A stretch of DNA of 64,000 nt. It comes from Dehalococcoidia bacterium (lineage in GTDB: Bacteria > Chloroflexota > Dehalococcoidia > Plut-88900). The stretch lies in assembly GCA_965207225.1 (NCBI GenBank), contig CBDBLV010000005.1:1184001-1248000 (forward strand). The letters are read 5' to 3'. The position numbers were made by a program, and so were the translations under genes. Under the pieces are notes generated by a model that did no database searches, was not told the DNA's origin, and was given only the letters and a program-made list of their open reading frames with translations. This document shows, piece after piece, positions 28,011 through 37,162 of this stretch (position 1 is the first letter of the stretch; each line of letters starts with the position of its first letter).

Positions 28011-29186
28011 ATGAGAAAACCGAAGTATCAGTTCTTCACGCTGGAGGAGTACCAAGCTCGGCTGGACGCACTTAGGGGTCGGATGGAGCAGCGGGGGATC
28101 GACGTTTTGCTGGTGAACTCGCCGGAGAACCTCTACTACATCTCGGGGTACCAGACGCCAGGTTACTACTGGTACCAGACTCTGATCGTGGGGCTGGACA
28201 GGGAGCCGACCTTCGTGACGCGGCTAAACGAGGCTTCCAACATCGAACCCTTCTCCTGGGTGGAGGACAGCCGTCCATACGAAGACCACGAGGACTGGAT
28301 TGATCACACGCGGGTTGCGCTGGTAGACCTGGGACTGGCGGACAAGCGGGTCGGGCTGCAGTACGATTCATTCTTCCTGACCTCAAGGGACGAGAAGAGG
28401 CTGACGGCGGCGCTGTCCGATGCGACGTTCGTGGATGGGTCGGGGTTGGTGGAGGAGGGGCGGATGGTCAAGTCGGAGCAAGAGATCGAATATATCCGGC
28501 AGGCGGCGAGGACGGCGGAGGCGGGGCTGAGGGCGGGGATCGAAGCGTGCGCGGTCGGGGTGACGGAGAACGACGTAGCGGCGGAGATTCACCGGGCCCA
28601 GATAGCAGCGGGCAGCGAGTACACGGGCCTGCCCATATTCATCAGGACGGGGTCTCGAGACCTGATGACCCACTCGACCTGGTATCGCAACACCCTGCAA
28701 GCCGGAGAGAGCGTTACCATCGAGATGCCAGGATGCATCAACCGGTATCACGCGGCGACGTACCAGCAAATATATCTCGGGGACCCGCCGGAACTGCTGT
28801 TGAGGGCGCGGGAGGTAGGGGCAAAGGTGATGGCTGAGGCGAAGTCGGCGATAAGGCCTGGGGTGCCAGCCGGGGACATTCACAGGCTGGTTCAGGACAG
28901 TTTGGAGGAGGCGATGGGTGTCGGGAGCAAGCGGAACAGTCGGGCGGCGTACTCTATAGGCATCGCCTTTGCGCCCGACTGGGGGGAGGGGCACATCATC
29001 AGCATGACAGAGGGCGAGACACGGCCGCTGCAGGTCGGTATGACCTTCCACCTGTTGGCGGGCCACGTGGCCCTGCAGGGCCTGGACGGGGTGAAGAGGG
29101 CTGTGAACAGCGACACGATACTGGTAACGGAAGAGGGCTGTGAAACGCTAACGGACGGGTTGGAGCACAGGTTGTGGGTGAAGTAG
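28011..29186 (+). CDS. EutD/DoeA-like M24-fold hydrolase, paralog 3
   Basis: Same motifs; AAGGAG RBS before ATG 28011. Confidence 0.8.
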   Translation: MRKPKYQFFTLEEYQARLDALRGRMEQRGIDVLLVNSPENLYYISGYQTPGYYWYQTLIVGLDREPTFVTRLNEASNIEPFSWVEDSRPYEDHEDWIDHTRVALVDLGLADKRVGLQYDSFFLTSRDEKRLTAALSDATFVDGSGLVEEGRMVKSEQEIEYIRQAARTAEAGLRAGIEACAVGVTENDVAAEIHRAQIAAGSEYTGLPIFIRTGSRDLMTHSTWYRNTLQAGESVTIEMPGCINRYHAATYQQIYLGDPPELLLRAREVGAKVMAEAKSAIRPGVPAGDIHRLVQDSLEEAMGVGSKRNSRAAYSIGIAFAPDWGEGHIISMTEGETRPLQVGMTFHLLAGHVALQGLDGVKRAVNSDTILVTEEGCETLTDGLEHRLWVK

Positions 29187-29204
29187 GAACCTGGAGGTGA
29201 CACC

Positions 29205-30203
29205 ATGAAATTCGGGATTATGCTGCCGCATTCAGGGGCGCTGGCGGAGGTGGAAGCTATCAGGCGCGTGGCGCTGGAGGCCGACGATTTGGGCTTCGAC
29301 TCCGTATGGTGCCACGACCACGTGACCTACGATACAGACTGGTTCCTGCACCGGGGTTCGGGGTTGATTGAGCAGTGCGAGGGTATCGAGCCACATTTCT
29401 ACGAGTCGATAAACACGCTGACCTGGGTGGCTGGGATGACGCAGAACGTGAAGCTGGGGACGGCGATACTCGTGCTGCCTCTGCGGGACCCCCGGGTGCT
29501 GGCCCGGCAGGCGATGACGTTGCAGTCACTGTCGGGTGGGAGGCTGATGCTGGGGGTCGGGATCGGGGACTACCCGATCGATTTCCGGGTGATGCAAATC
29601 CCCTACGACGAAAAGAACCGCATCACCGACGAGTACATAGACGTACTGAACGCGGCGTTCCAGGGCGGACACGTCGACTTCCAGGGGCCGAACATCTCGT
29701 TTGAGAATGCATCGTACTTCCCGAGAACGGAGCCCAAGGTGCCGGTCCTATACGGGGGTGGGGTGGTGTACCCGCGCCCGACGCGCCAGCCGAAACTCTA
29801 TGAACCGGCCATTCGGCGCATAGCCCAACGGTGCGACGGGTGGATACCTGAGGGGCCGCCCCATGTGATGGCGGAGGGTATCAAGCGGATCCGGGAGCTG
29901 GCGGCGGAGGCGGGGAGGGGGGACGTCGACTTCCAGGTGACGGGGTACATCCCGCTTTACATAGACCAGGACTCGGCGGCGCAGGCGATGACCAGAAAGA
30001 CATTGGTAACGGAGATCCACACCTTTGAAGAGGGGTTGGCAGGGTCCCTGGTGGGGTCGGTGGGGCGGATATGCAAGGTGATCGAGTCTTACCAGGAGGC
30101 GGGTGTCAATGGGTTGGGGATGCGGTGCTGGGCAGAAAACTTGCCGAGGTTCGTGGCGATGATGAGGACGTTTGCGCGGGAGGTTATGCCTCGGTTTGCG
30201 TGA
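29205..30203 (+). CDS. Luciferase-like (LLM) flavin/F420-dependent oxidoreductase
   Basis: MKFG, GFDSVW.HDH, LGT..LVLP.R.P..LA, SGGRL.LGVG.G. Confidence 0.88.
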   Translation: MKFGIMLPHSGALAEVEAIRRVALEADDLGFDSVWCHDHVTYDTDWFLHRGSGLIEQCEGIEPHFYESINTLTWVAGMTQNVKLGTAILVLPLRDPRVLARQAMTLQSLSGGRLMLGVGIGDYPIDFRVMQIPYDEKNRITDEYIDVLNAAFQGGHVDFQGPNISFENASYFPRTEPKVPVLYGGGVVYPRPTRQPKLYEPAIRRIAQRCDGWIPEGPPHVMAEGIKRIRELAAEAGRGDVDFQVTGYIPLYIDQDSAAQAMTRKTLVTEIHTFEEGLAGSLVGSVGRICKVIESYQEAGVNGLGMRCWAENLPRFVAMMRTFAREVMPRFA

Positions 30204-30306
30204 GGGTCTGGGTTAACCCTCACCCCAGCCCTCTCTCGTAGAGGGAAATGCGGTTGGCCTTCTCCCCAGATTCCTCGCGGAGCCTCGGAATGACCGTTCG
30301 ATGGAG

Positions 30307-31467
30307 TTAACCGACGGTGGGGGCGGGAATGGTGAGATTGTAGAGGGCCAAAGCGTTTTCGCCGAGGATTTTGCGTTGGTCTGCTTCGGGGAGGTCTGAG
30401 ATGTGGGACTTGACCTTGCTGACGGGGTCGGTGTGGCCCTCGGGGTGGGGCCAGTCGGAGCCCCAGAGGAAGCGGTCGGTCCCGACTATGGGGGCGATGG
30501 CGCCCAGGGCTTTCTCGGTGGGTTCGGCACTGATCCAGCACTGGCGCTTGAAGTATTCGCTGGGCTTCATAGTGAGGATGGACTCGTGTCCGAAGCGGGA
30601 GAACTTGAAGTCGAGGAAGTCGAGCCAGTGGGCGATCCACGTGCAGCCGATCTCGACCATGGAGATGCGCAGCTCGGGGAACTTTTCGAAGACGCCCTCA
30701 GTCATCATGTTGGTGAAGGAGAGGAAGGGGTCGCCGAAGACCATGGACTCTACGAAGAAGTCGGGGCCGAGGCCCGGGTAGTCGGGGTAGAGGTGCTTGC
30801 CGATGTAGTCGGGGTTGAAGATGACGTGCAGGGTGACGGGCATGTCCAGCTCCTGGGCGGCGGCCCAGAATGGATCGTAGTAGGAGTCCCCGTACTTGAT
30901 GCCGTTCACGGGCGCTGGGCAGATGAAGGCGCCTTTCATACCGTCCCTAGCGGCGCGGTACAGCTCCGAGACGCCAAGCTCGACCTCCCTGACCGAGACG
31001 TGGGCCACGGGGTAGAGCTGGTCTGAGTGGTCCTTGCAGAACTCGACGAGCCAGCGGTTGTAGGCCCGGCAGTAGGCGTCGGAGATTTCGGCGTCTTTAC
31101 ACTCGGCCTCCCAGCCCAGGCCGAGGCTGGGGAAGAGGAAGGTCTTGTCGACGCCCTCCCTGGCCAGGTGCTTGATCCGTTCTTCGGGGTAGGCGGCGCC
31201 CGGGGCAAGGTTGGCGGCCTCGGCGTAGGGGAGGGGGAAGGTCCCCCTGACCCACTCGGGGTCCTTTTCGACGCCGGCGATACGGCCCAGGGCCCCGCCG
31301 TTGTAACCGCTGCTCATCTTGCCGTCGATGTCCAGGTATTCAAGGCCCTGGTCGTCTGCGTTGATGAACATGGCGCGGGATCGGTAGGCGGGGTCGATGT
31401 AATCACGCCACATGTTGGCGGGTTCAACGATGTGGCTGTCGGAGTCTACGACTGTTCCTCGTGACAT
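30307..31467 (-). CDS. Amidohydrolase_2 family metallo-hydrolase/decarboxylase
   Basis: DSDSHI.EP, AYNRWL, YDPFWA, FP.L....E, WGSDWPH. Confidence 0.88.
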   Translation of the reverse strand: MSRGTVVDSDSHIVEPANMWRDYIDPAYRSRAMFINADDQGLEYLDIDGKMSSGYNGGALGRIAGVEKDPEWVRGTFPLPYAEAANLAPGAAYPEERIKHLAREGVDKTFLFPSLGLGWEAECKDAEISDAYCRAYNRWLVEFCKDHSDQLYPVAHVSVREVELGVSELYRAARDGMKGAFICPAPVNGIKYGDSYYDPFWAAAQELDMPVTLHVIFNPDYIGKHLYPDYPGLGPDFFVESMVFGDPFLSFTNMMTEGVFEKFPELRISMVEIGCTWIAHWLDFLDFKFSRFGHESILTMKPSEYFKRQCWISAEPTEKALGAIAPIVGTDRFLWGSDWPHPEGHTDPVSKVKSHISDLPEADQRKILGENALALYNLTIPAPTVG

Positions 31468-31485
31468 GGCAGATGCTCCTTCCGG

Positions 31486-32649
31486 CTAGCCAACTGCGGG
31501 GGCCGGCACGTTCAGGCCGTACATGGCGAGGGCATTTTCGCCCAGTATCTTGTTCTGGTCGGCTTCAGGGAGGGTGGAGATGTTGGACTTTACCTTGTTG
31601 AGTGGGTCGGTGTGGCCCTCGGGGTGGGGCCAGTCTGAGCCCCACATCAGGCGGTCGGCCCCGACCATCTGGGCCACGGCCCCAATACCCTTCTCCACGG
31701 GCTCGGCGCTGACCCAGACCTGGCGGCGGAAATATTCGCTGGGGGTCATGGTGTGAGGCATGTCGAAGCTGAATCGGTCGGTCTTGAAGTCCATCATGTC
31801 GAGCCAGTGGAGCAGCCACGTGCAGCCGATTTCGACCATGGCGAGCTTGAGTCGTGGAAACTTTTCGAAGGTGCCGTCGCCCATCATGCAGGTGAAGCTG
31901 ATGAGGGGGTCGGCGAAGGTCATCACGTTGTTGAAGAAGACAGGCCCGAGGCCGGTCTCGTCTTCGGGGTAGGAGTTGCGGCCGGGGTAGTCGGGGTTCA
32001 GGACGACGTGGAAGGTGATGGGCATGTCCAGGTCTTGTGCGGTGGCCCAGAAGGGGTCGTAGTATTCGTGGCTGTAGCGGATGCCGTTCATGGGTGCGGG
32101 GCAGATGAAGGCGCCCTTCATGCCGTCCCTGGCTGCCCTTTCCAGCTCCTTTACCCCTTCGTTCACGTCCCGGACGGTAATGTGGGCGATGGGGAAGAGG
32201 CGATCGGGGTAGGGGGAACAGAAGTCGACGAGCCAGCGGTTGTAGGCCGTGCAGTAGGCGGCCGAGAGAGCGGGGTCTTCACACTCGGCTTCCCAGCCCA
32301 GGCCAAGGGTGGGGAACAGGAAGGTCTTGTCGACGCCTTCCTTGTCCAGGTGCCTGATCCTGGCGTGGGGGTCGACGGAGCCCGGGGCGATGTTCTTTAT
32401 CTCGTCGTAGGGGAGGGTGGGATGCTCCATCATCCACTCCCGGGTCTGGTCTATGCCGGCGATCCTGCCAAGGGTGCCGCCGTTGTATCCGATGCTGACC
32501 TTTCCATCAATGTCGAGGTACTCCAGGTCGAACTCATCGACGTTGATGCGGAGGGCACGGTCGCGGAACTGGGGGTCCATGTACTCCTGCCAGAGGTCGG
32601 CGGGTTCCATGATGTGGCTGTCTGCGTCGACGATTATGGAACGGGTCAT
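31486..32649 (-). CDS. Amidohydrolase_2 family protein (tandem paralog)
   Basis: DADSHI.EP ... WGSDWPH; very similar to the adjacent gene. Confidence 0.88.
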   Translation of the reverse strand: MTRSIIVDADSHIMEPADLWQEYMDPQFRDRALRINVDEFDLEYLDIDGKVSIGYNGGTLGRIAGIDQTREWMMEHPTLPYDEIKNIAPGSVDPHARIRHLDKEGVDKTFLFPTLGLGWEAECEDPALSAAYCTAYNRWLVDFCSPYPDRLFPIAHITVRDVNEGVKELERAARDGMKGAFICPAPMNGIRYSHEYYDPFWATAQDLDMPITFHVVLNPDYPGRNSYPEDETGLGPVFFNNVMTFADPLISFTCMMGDGTFEKFPRLKLAMVEIGCTWLLHWLDMMDFKTDRFSFDMPHTMTPSEYFRRQVWVSAEPVEKGIGAVAQMVGADRLMWGSDWPHPEGHTDPLNKVKSNISTLPEADQNKILGENALAMYGLNVPAPAVG

Positions 32650-32772
32650 GGCATTCCTCCTAAGAAATCGGGGCCGCGAGCGAGTTTTGAGTATACATTT
32701 TGGGGAAATATCGGGTCAACGCGGAGATGGGTCGGCGCCTCAGCGACTGTACCGAGGGAGGGGTGGAGGGGA

Positions 32773-33741
32773 CTAGAGGAGGGGGGCGACTTTGTTGGCC
32801 ATGAGGTCCATCTGGCGCATGAGGGTCTCGTGGGGTTCGACACCGTGGCGGATGAAGTCGAAAACGAAGTGGTCGAGGCCGGCGTCCAGGTAGCTTGAGA
32901 TGCGCTCGGCGCTCTGTTCGGGGGAGCCGGCGACGGTTACGGCGCCAATGTCTACGGCATATTCCAAGTCCATAAGGCCTGAGAAGTAGTCTTCAATTTC
33001 GGAGGTGGAAAGGTCCCGGCCCTCAGTGACCTGGGAGTAGATCCATGCGCTGACCTTGGGCTTCTGGCCCCACTTGCCCATCGGGGCGTCTTTGATACGG
33101 GGAAGGTAAACATCCTTCAGCTCGTCGAAGGTGGGCCATGGGGGGTTGATATATTCGCAGTAGCGGGCGGCGCGGGGAATGGAGACAGCTCGGCCGCCCC
33201 ACCAGATGGGTGGATAGGGTTTCTGCACGGGTTTCGGCTCCATGGAGACCCCATTCAGCTTGTAGAACTGACCGTCATAGGTAACTTCGTCCTCGGTCCA
33301 GAGCCGGGTGATGATTTCGAGCTGTTCGTCGGCGATGGCGCCGCGCTTGCGGCGGTCGGCGCCGACGGCGTGGAAGGCTTCATCGACCATGCCCAGGCAC
33401 ATTCCGACTATCACCCTGCCATTGGATATGACGTCCAGGCTAGCGAAGTACTTGGCCCAGTCGAAGGGCGGGAGGTAGGGAAGGGGGATAGAGTCGACGG
33501 CTATGCGAATTTTGGAGGTGGCGGCAATGATGGCGGGAAGGAGGACACGGGCATCCAGGATGCTCTTATTACCGAAGCGGCCGAAGGGTCCGGCGTCCGG
33601 GATGGCGTTCATGAGGGGGACGTTGACGGAATAGAAGCCTAGCTTTTCGGCGAACTGGGCGGCTTCGACTACTTCGTTCATGGTCGGGGGTTTGCGGCCC
33701 CAGGGGAAAACGGCGACGCTGAAGTGGTCCATTATGGGCAT
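32773..33741 (-). CDS. LLM-class flavin-dependent oxidoreductase
   Basis: AE.LGF, LD.ISNGR, LWT...V.YDGQFY, PKPVQKP.PPIW.GG. Confidence 0.85.
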   Translation of the reverse strand: MPIMDHFSVAVFPWGRKPPTMNEVVEAAQFAEKLGFYSVNVPLMNAIPDAGPFGRFGNKSILDARVLLPAIIAATSKIRIAVDSIPLPYLPPFDWAKYFASLDVISNGRVIVGMCLGMVDEAFHAVGADRRKRGAIADEQLEIITRLWTEDEVTYDGQFYKLNGVSMEPKPVQKPYPPIWWGGRAVSIPRAARYCEYINPPWPTFDELKDVYLPRIKDAPMGKWGQKPKVSAWIYSQVTEGRDLSTSEIEDYFSGLMDLEYAVDIGAVTVAGSPEQSAERISSYLDAGLDHFVFDFIRHGVEPHETLMRQMDLMANKVAPLL

Positions 33742-33759
33742 GGGGTGTCTCCGGGGTGG

Positions 33760-36195
33760 TCAGGCGACTATGTTGACGAGGCGGCCGGGGACGTAGACTA
33801 CTTTGCGGGGGCCGTTCTTCATGAAGGCCCGTATTCGTTCGCTGGAGAGGGCTACTTCCTTGGCTTCATCCTCGGTGATGGCGGCGGAGACGGTGACGCG
33901 ATCCCGGACCTTACCGTTGACCTGCACCACGAGGGTCACTTCTTCCTCGGCGGCGAGGGACTCGTCCCACGCGGGGAAGGGCTGGTTGTGGATGCTGTAG
34001 TCGCAGCCTTGGGCGGCCCACAATTCCTCGGCGAGGTGGGGGGCGGTGGGGGCGAGCATGAGGAGCAGGGCTCTGATGGACTCGTTCCACGTTTCGCTGT
34101 CGACGGCACCTTCGTCCCAGGCCCGAGCCAGGTGGTTGGTGAACTCCATGAGTGAAGCGAGGGCGGTGTTGAAGTGGAACCGGTCGAGGTCCTGGTAGAC
34201 CTTCTTGACGGTCTTGTGGAGCATGTGGGCGGTCTGCTTCGATGACTGGCCCCTAGCTAGCTGCGGGTCTTTGTTCTCTACGAGGTCCCAGACGCGGTTG
34301 TACCAGCGGACGATGCCGTTGATGCCCTGGTCTACCCACTCACCGCCCTGGTCCCAGGGCCCGATGAACATGAGGTATCCGCGGACGACGTCTGCGCCGA
34401 CGGTGTCGACGTACTCATCGGGGGTGATGACGTTACCCCGAGACTTGCTCATCTTCTGCCTGTCGCTGATGATGATGCCCTGGTTGTAGAGCCTGACAAA
34501 GGGTTCGTCGAAGTCCAGCAGGCCGATGTCGCGGAGGGCCTTGACGAAGAATCGGGCGTAGAGGAGGTGCATGACGGCGTGCTCTGCGCCGCCGGTGTAC
34601 TGGTCGACGGGGAGCCAGTGCTTGATGTCCTCGGGGGTGAAGGCTGAGTCGCCGGAGTTGGGAGAGGCGTACTTGAGGAAGTACCACGATGAACACATGA
34701 ACGTGTCCATGGTGTCGGTCTCCCGTCGGGCGGGGCCTTCGCACTTCGGGCATGAAGTGTTCACGAAGGCTTCGTGGAAGGTGAGGGGTGACTCGCCGGT
34801 GGGCCGGAACTCGGCGTCCTCGGGGAGTAGGACAGGGAGCTGGCTCTCGGGGACGGGGACAATGCCGCAGGCGTGGCAATAGACCATGGGAATCGGGGCT
34901 CCCCAGTAGCGCTGGCGGGAGATCAGCCAGTCCCTGATGCGGTAGGAGATGGTGCCGCCGCCTATACCCTGCTCCTCCATGGCCTGGATGACGGCCTGCT
35001 TGCCCTCTTCGTTGGGCAGGCCGACGAACTGTCCGGAGTTGACCATTTCCCCGGGGCCAGTGTAGGCCTCGACGAGGTCTTCACCACCCCAGCCGGGCGG
35101 TGCGATTACCGTCCTGATGGGAAGGTTGTATTTCCTGGCGTAGGCGAAGTCCCGTTCGTCGTGGGCGGGGACGCCCATAACTGCGCCTGTGCCGTAGGTG
35201 AGGAGGGCGTAGTCGGCGATGAAGATGGGGACTTTTTCGCCGTTCAGGCGGTTGGTGCAGTAGGCCCCGATGAAGACGCCGGTCTTCTCCTTGTCGGCGG
35301 AGAGGCGTTCGATCTCGGAGCGGCGCCGGGTCTCTTCGATGTAGGCCTGGACCTCGTCGGACTTGTCGGCGGTTGTGAGTTGGGAGACCAGGGGGTGTTC
35401 GGGGGCGAGGACCATGAAGGTGACGCCGAAGACGGTGTCGGGGCGGGTGGTGAACACACGTATCTCCTTCGTGTCGAGTCCGTACTCCTCGATGCCGAAG
35501 GAGATCTCGGCGCCCTGGCTGCGGCCTATCCAGTTGGACTGCATGGTGTTGATGCGGTCGGGCCATTCGATGCTGGAGAAGTCGAGGAGCTCATCAGCGT
35601 ACTTGGTGATTCGGAAGAACCACTGCTCCAAGTCTCGGCGGGTTACGGCGGCGCCGCAGCGTTCGCAAGTGCCGTCGGGGAGGACCTGTTCGTTGGCGAG
35701 GGTGGTCTGGCAGGTCGGGCACCAGTTGGCGGGGGCCTTGTTGCGGTAGGCTAGGCCGGCGTTGAAGAGCTGGAGGAAGAGCCACTGGGTCCACTTGTAG
35801 TAGTCGGGGAGGGAAGTTACGACTTCACGGTCCCAGTCGTAGACGGCGCCGATGCGCTTGAGCTGGCGGCGCATGTTCTCGACGTTGCGCATGGTCCAGA
35901 TGTGGGGGTGGATGCCGTTCTTGATGGCGGCGTTCTCGGCGGGGAGGCCGAAAGCGTCGAAGCCCATGGGGTGGAGGACGTTGTAGCCCTGCATGCGGCG
36001 GAAGCGGGCGTGGACGTCCGAGGGGGCCATGGCGTACCAGTGGCCGATGTGGAGGTTCCCCGAGGTGTAGGGGAACATGGTGAGCTCGTACCACTTGGGC
36101 TTGTCGGGGTCTTCGTGGACGCTGTAGAGGGCGTCGGCGGCCCAGCGGTCCTGCCACTTGGTCTCTATGACTGTGGGGTCGTATTTGAGGGGCAT
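33760..36195 (-). CDS. leuS: Leucine--tRNA ligase
   Basis: MFPYTSG.LHIGH, FTTRPDT editing domain, KMSKS. Confidence 0.97.
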   Translation of the reverse strand: MPLKYDPTVIETKWQDRWAADALYSVHEDPDKPKWYELTMFPYTSGNLHIGHWYAMAPSDVHARFRRMQGYNVLHPMGFDAFGLPAENAAIKNGIHPHIWTMRNVENMRRQLKRIGAVYDWDREVVTSLPDYYKWTQWLFLQLFNAGLAYRNKAPANWCPTCQTTLANEQVLPDGTCERCGAAVTRRDLEQWFFRITKYADELLDFSSIEWPDRINTMQSNWIGRSQGAEISFGIEEYGLDTKEIRVFTTRPDTVFGVTFMVLAPEHPLVSQLTTADKSDEVQAYIEETRRRSEIERLSADKEKTGVFIGAYCTNRLNGEKVPIFIADYALLTYGTGAVMGVPAHDERDFAYARKYNLPIRTVIAPPGWGGEDLVEAYTGPGEMVNSGQFVGLPNEEGKQAVIQAMEEQGIGGGTISYRIRDWLISRQRYWGAPIPMVYCHACGIVPVPESQLPVLLPEDAEFRPTGESPLTFHEAFVNTSCPKCEGPARRETDTMDTFMCSSWYFLKYASPNSGDSAFTPEDIKHWLPVDQYTGGAEHAVMHLLYARFFVKALRDIGLLDFDEPFVRLYNQGIIISDRQKMSKSRGNVITPDEYVDTVGADVVRGYLMFIGPWDQGGEWVDQGINGIVRWYNRVWDLVENKDPQLARGQSSKQTAHMLHKTVKKVYQDLDRFHFNTALASLMEFTNHLARAWDEGAVDSETWNESIRALLLMLAPTAPHLAEELWAAQGCDYSIHNQPFPAWDESLAAEEEVTLVVQVNGKVRDRVTVSAAITEDEAKEVALSSERIRAFMKNGPRKVVYVPGRLVNIVA

Positions 36196-36243
36196 CCGGT
36201 GTTGCGGTCTCCTGTGCTGCGGGTCAGGTCTATGCAATGGGAG

Positions 36244-36272
36244 AAATTACCACGCAGGGGGTGGAGGCGCAA
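36244..36272 (-). promoter_or_regulatory. Probable leuS promoter
   Basis: TTGCGC-17 nt-TAATTT about 50 nt upstream of the ATG. Confidence 0.5.
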
Positions 36273-36309
36273 GGATGGGGGCTCGTTGGGGCAGGTTGGC
36301 GACCCGGCG

Positions 36310-36917
36310 GGTTATTCGGTTGTGGGGGCGGGGTTTCTGTTCTGTCTGTTGGGTTTTGGGTCGGCGATGGAAGGTCCGGGACTCAGTTTCAGGGGGCGGG
36401 AGGCCAGCCTGGTTCAGCCCCGTGTTCCTGTGTCACATGGCAGACAAGCGAGGGGATCTCGCCAGAGGGCGTCTCTACCACCAGTTTCTCAGTTTTCCTG
36501 GCCCACTCGGAGGGGTGGGGAGGTGTTTTCTCGCTGCCGTCGCTGGGTTAATGGGAATCTCCGAAGGGAACGACGGGGGAGATTTTCCAAGGGCCGTAAA
36601 GCCCGAGTTTTTCGGCAGGGCTCCTATATGAGGAGACGTGCCGCTTAATGTTGTGGACCTTCCATCGCCTGGATGGATGGGGAAGGAGCACGGGGCCCGT
36701 GGGGTGAGGAGATGGCGTCCCCGACGTCTCGGGGATGACGTATTCGCTTGTGCCGCAACCTGCCTGTCTCGTAAGGGGGGCGATTGGCCGGTCGCCTCCT
36801 ACGGGAAGGGAGAGGTCTTGGGATGGGCTAGGGCGTTGAGTCCTCGGTCGGGTCTCGGGGGCTTCCCTGGGTTTTTGGTTCCTCCTTTGCTGATGTGAGT
36901 TAGTGTTCGATCGGACG
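36310..36917 (-). ncRNA. Putative structured ncRNA, copy B
   Basis: Canonical promoter; leader AAGGAGGAACCAAAAACCCAGGGAAGCCCCCGAGACCCGACC shared with copy C; perfect 15-bp helix 36655-36669 with 36363-36377; one 79-nt module; tail GACCCAAAACCCAACAGACA shared with copy C. Confidence 0.6.
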
Positions 36918-36923
36918 CAGGAC

Positions 36924-36952
36924 ATGATAGTACGGTCGGACAGGTGTGTCAA
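36924..36952 (-). promoter_or_regulatory. Sigma70-type promoter of element B
   Basis: TTGACA-17 nt-TATCAT. Confidence 0.75.
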
Positions 36953-37075
36953 GAGCAAACGTACGGCTTTCTGAGGGGGATATCTGAACTGTGATTCGTG
37001 GGTTTGATGGATTCAGGGTCGGGGGTGGGGGGAGGGGGTGCGATGGGCTACGTGGATCTAGGGAGGGACGCGGTA

Positions 37076-37143
37076 GATTCCTCGCGGGGCATCGGAATGG
37101 GAAGGGGGGAGGGGGTGGGGGTTCCCAATTGTTCGGGAATGAC
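37076..37143 (+). repeat. REP-like palindromes at the left edge of the low-GC island
   Basis: GATTCCTCGCGGGGCATCGGAATG and TTCCC...GGGAATGAC. Confidence 0.75.
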
Positions 37144-37162
37144 GATGGAGAGAGAAGGGGGA

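Noticed and set aside
36363-36669. MITE defined by the GGCGATGGAAGGTCC inverted repeats
   Set aside because: Conservation extends well outside the inverted repeats (leader, promoter, tail), there are no target duplications, and substitutions are G-U compatible, which favours an RNA helix. Not fully excluded.
36196-36952. T-box riboswitch upstream of leuS
   Set aside because: No T-box consensus (GGUGGNACCGCG) or U-rich terminator; homologous elements occur away from synthetase genes; leuS has its own candidate promoter.
36548-36958. Small ORFs over elements B and C sharing RRWKVH or VLSVGFWVGDGR
   Set aside because: The similarity is explained by the conserved nucleotide blocks; frames, starts and lengths are not conserved between copies.
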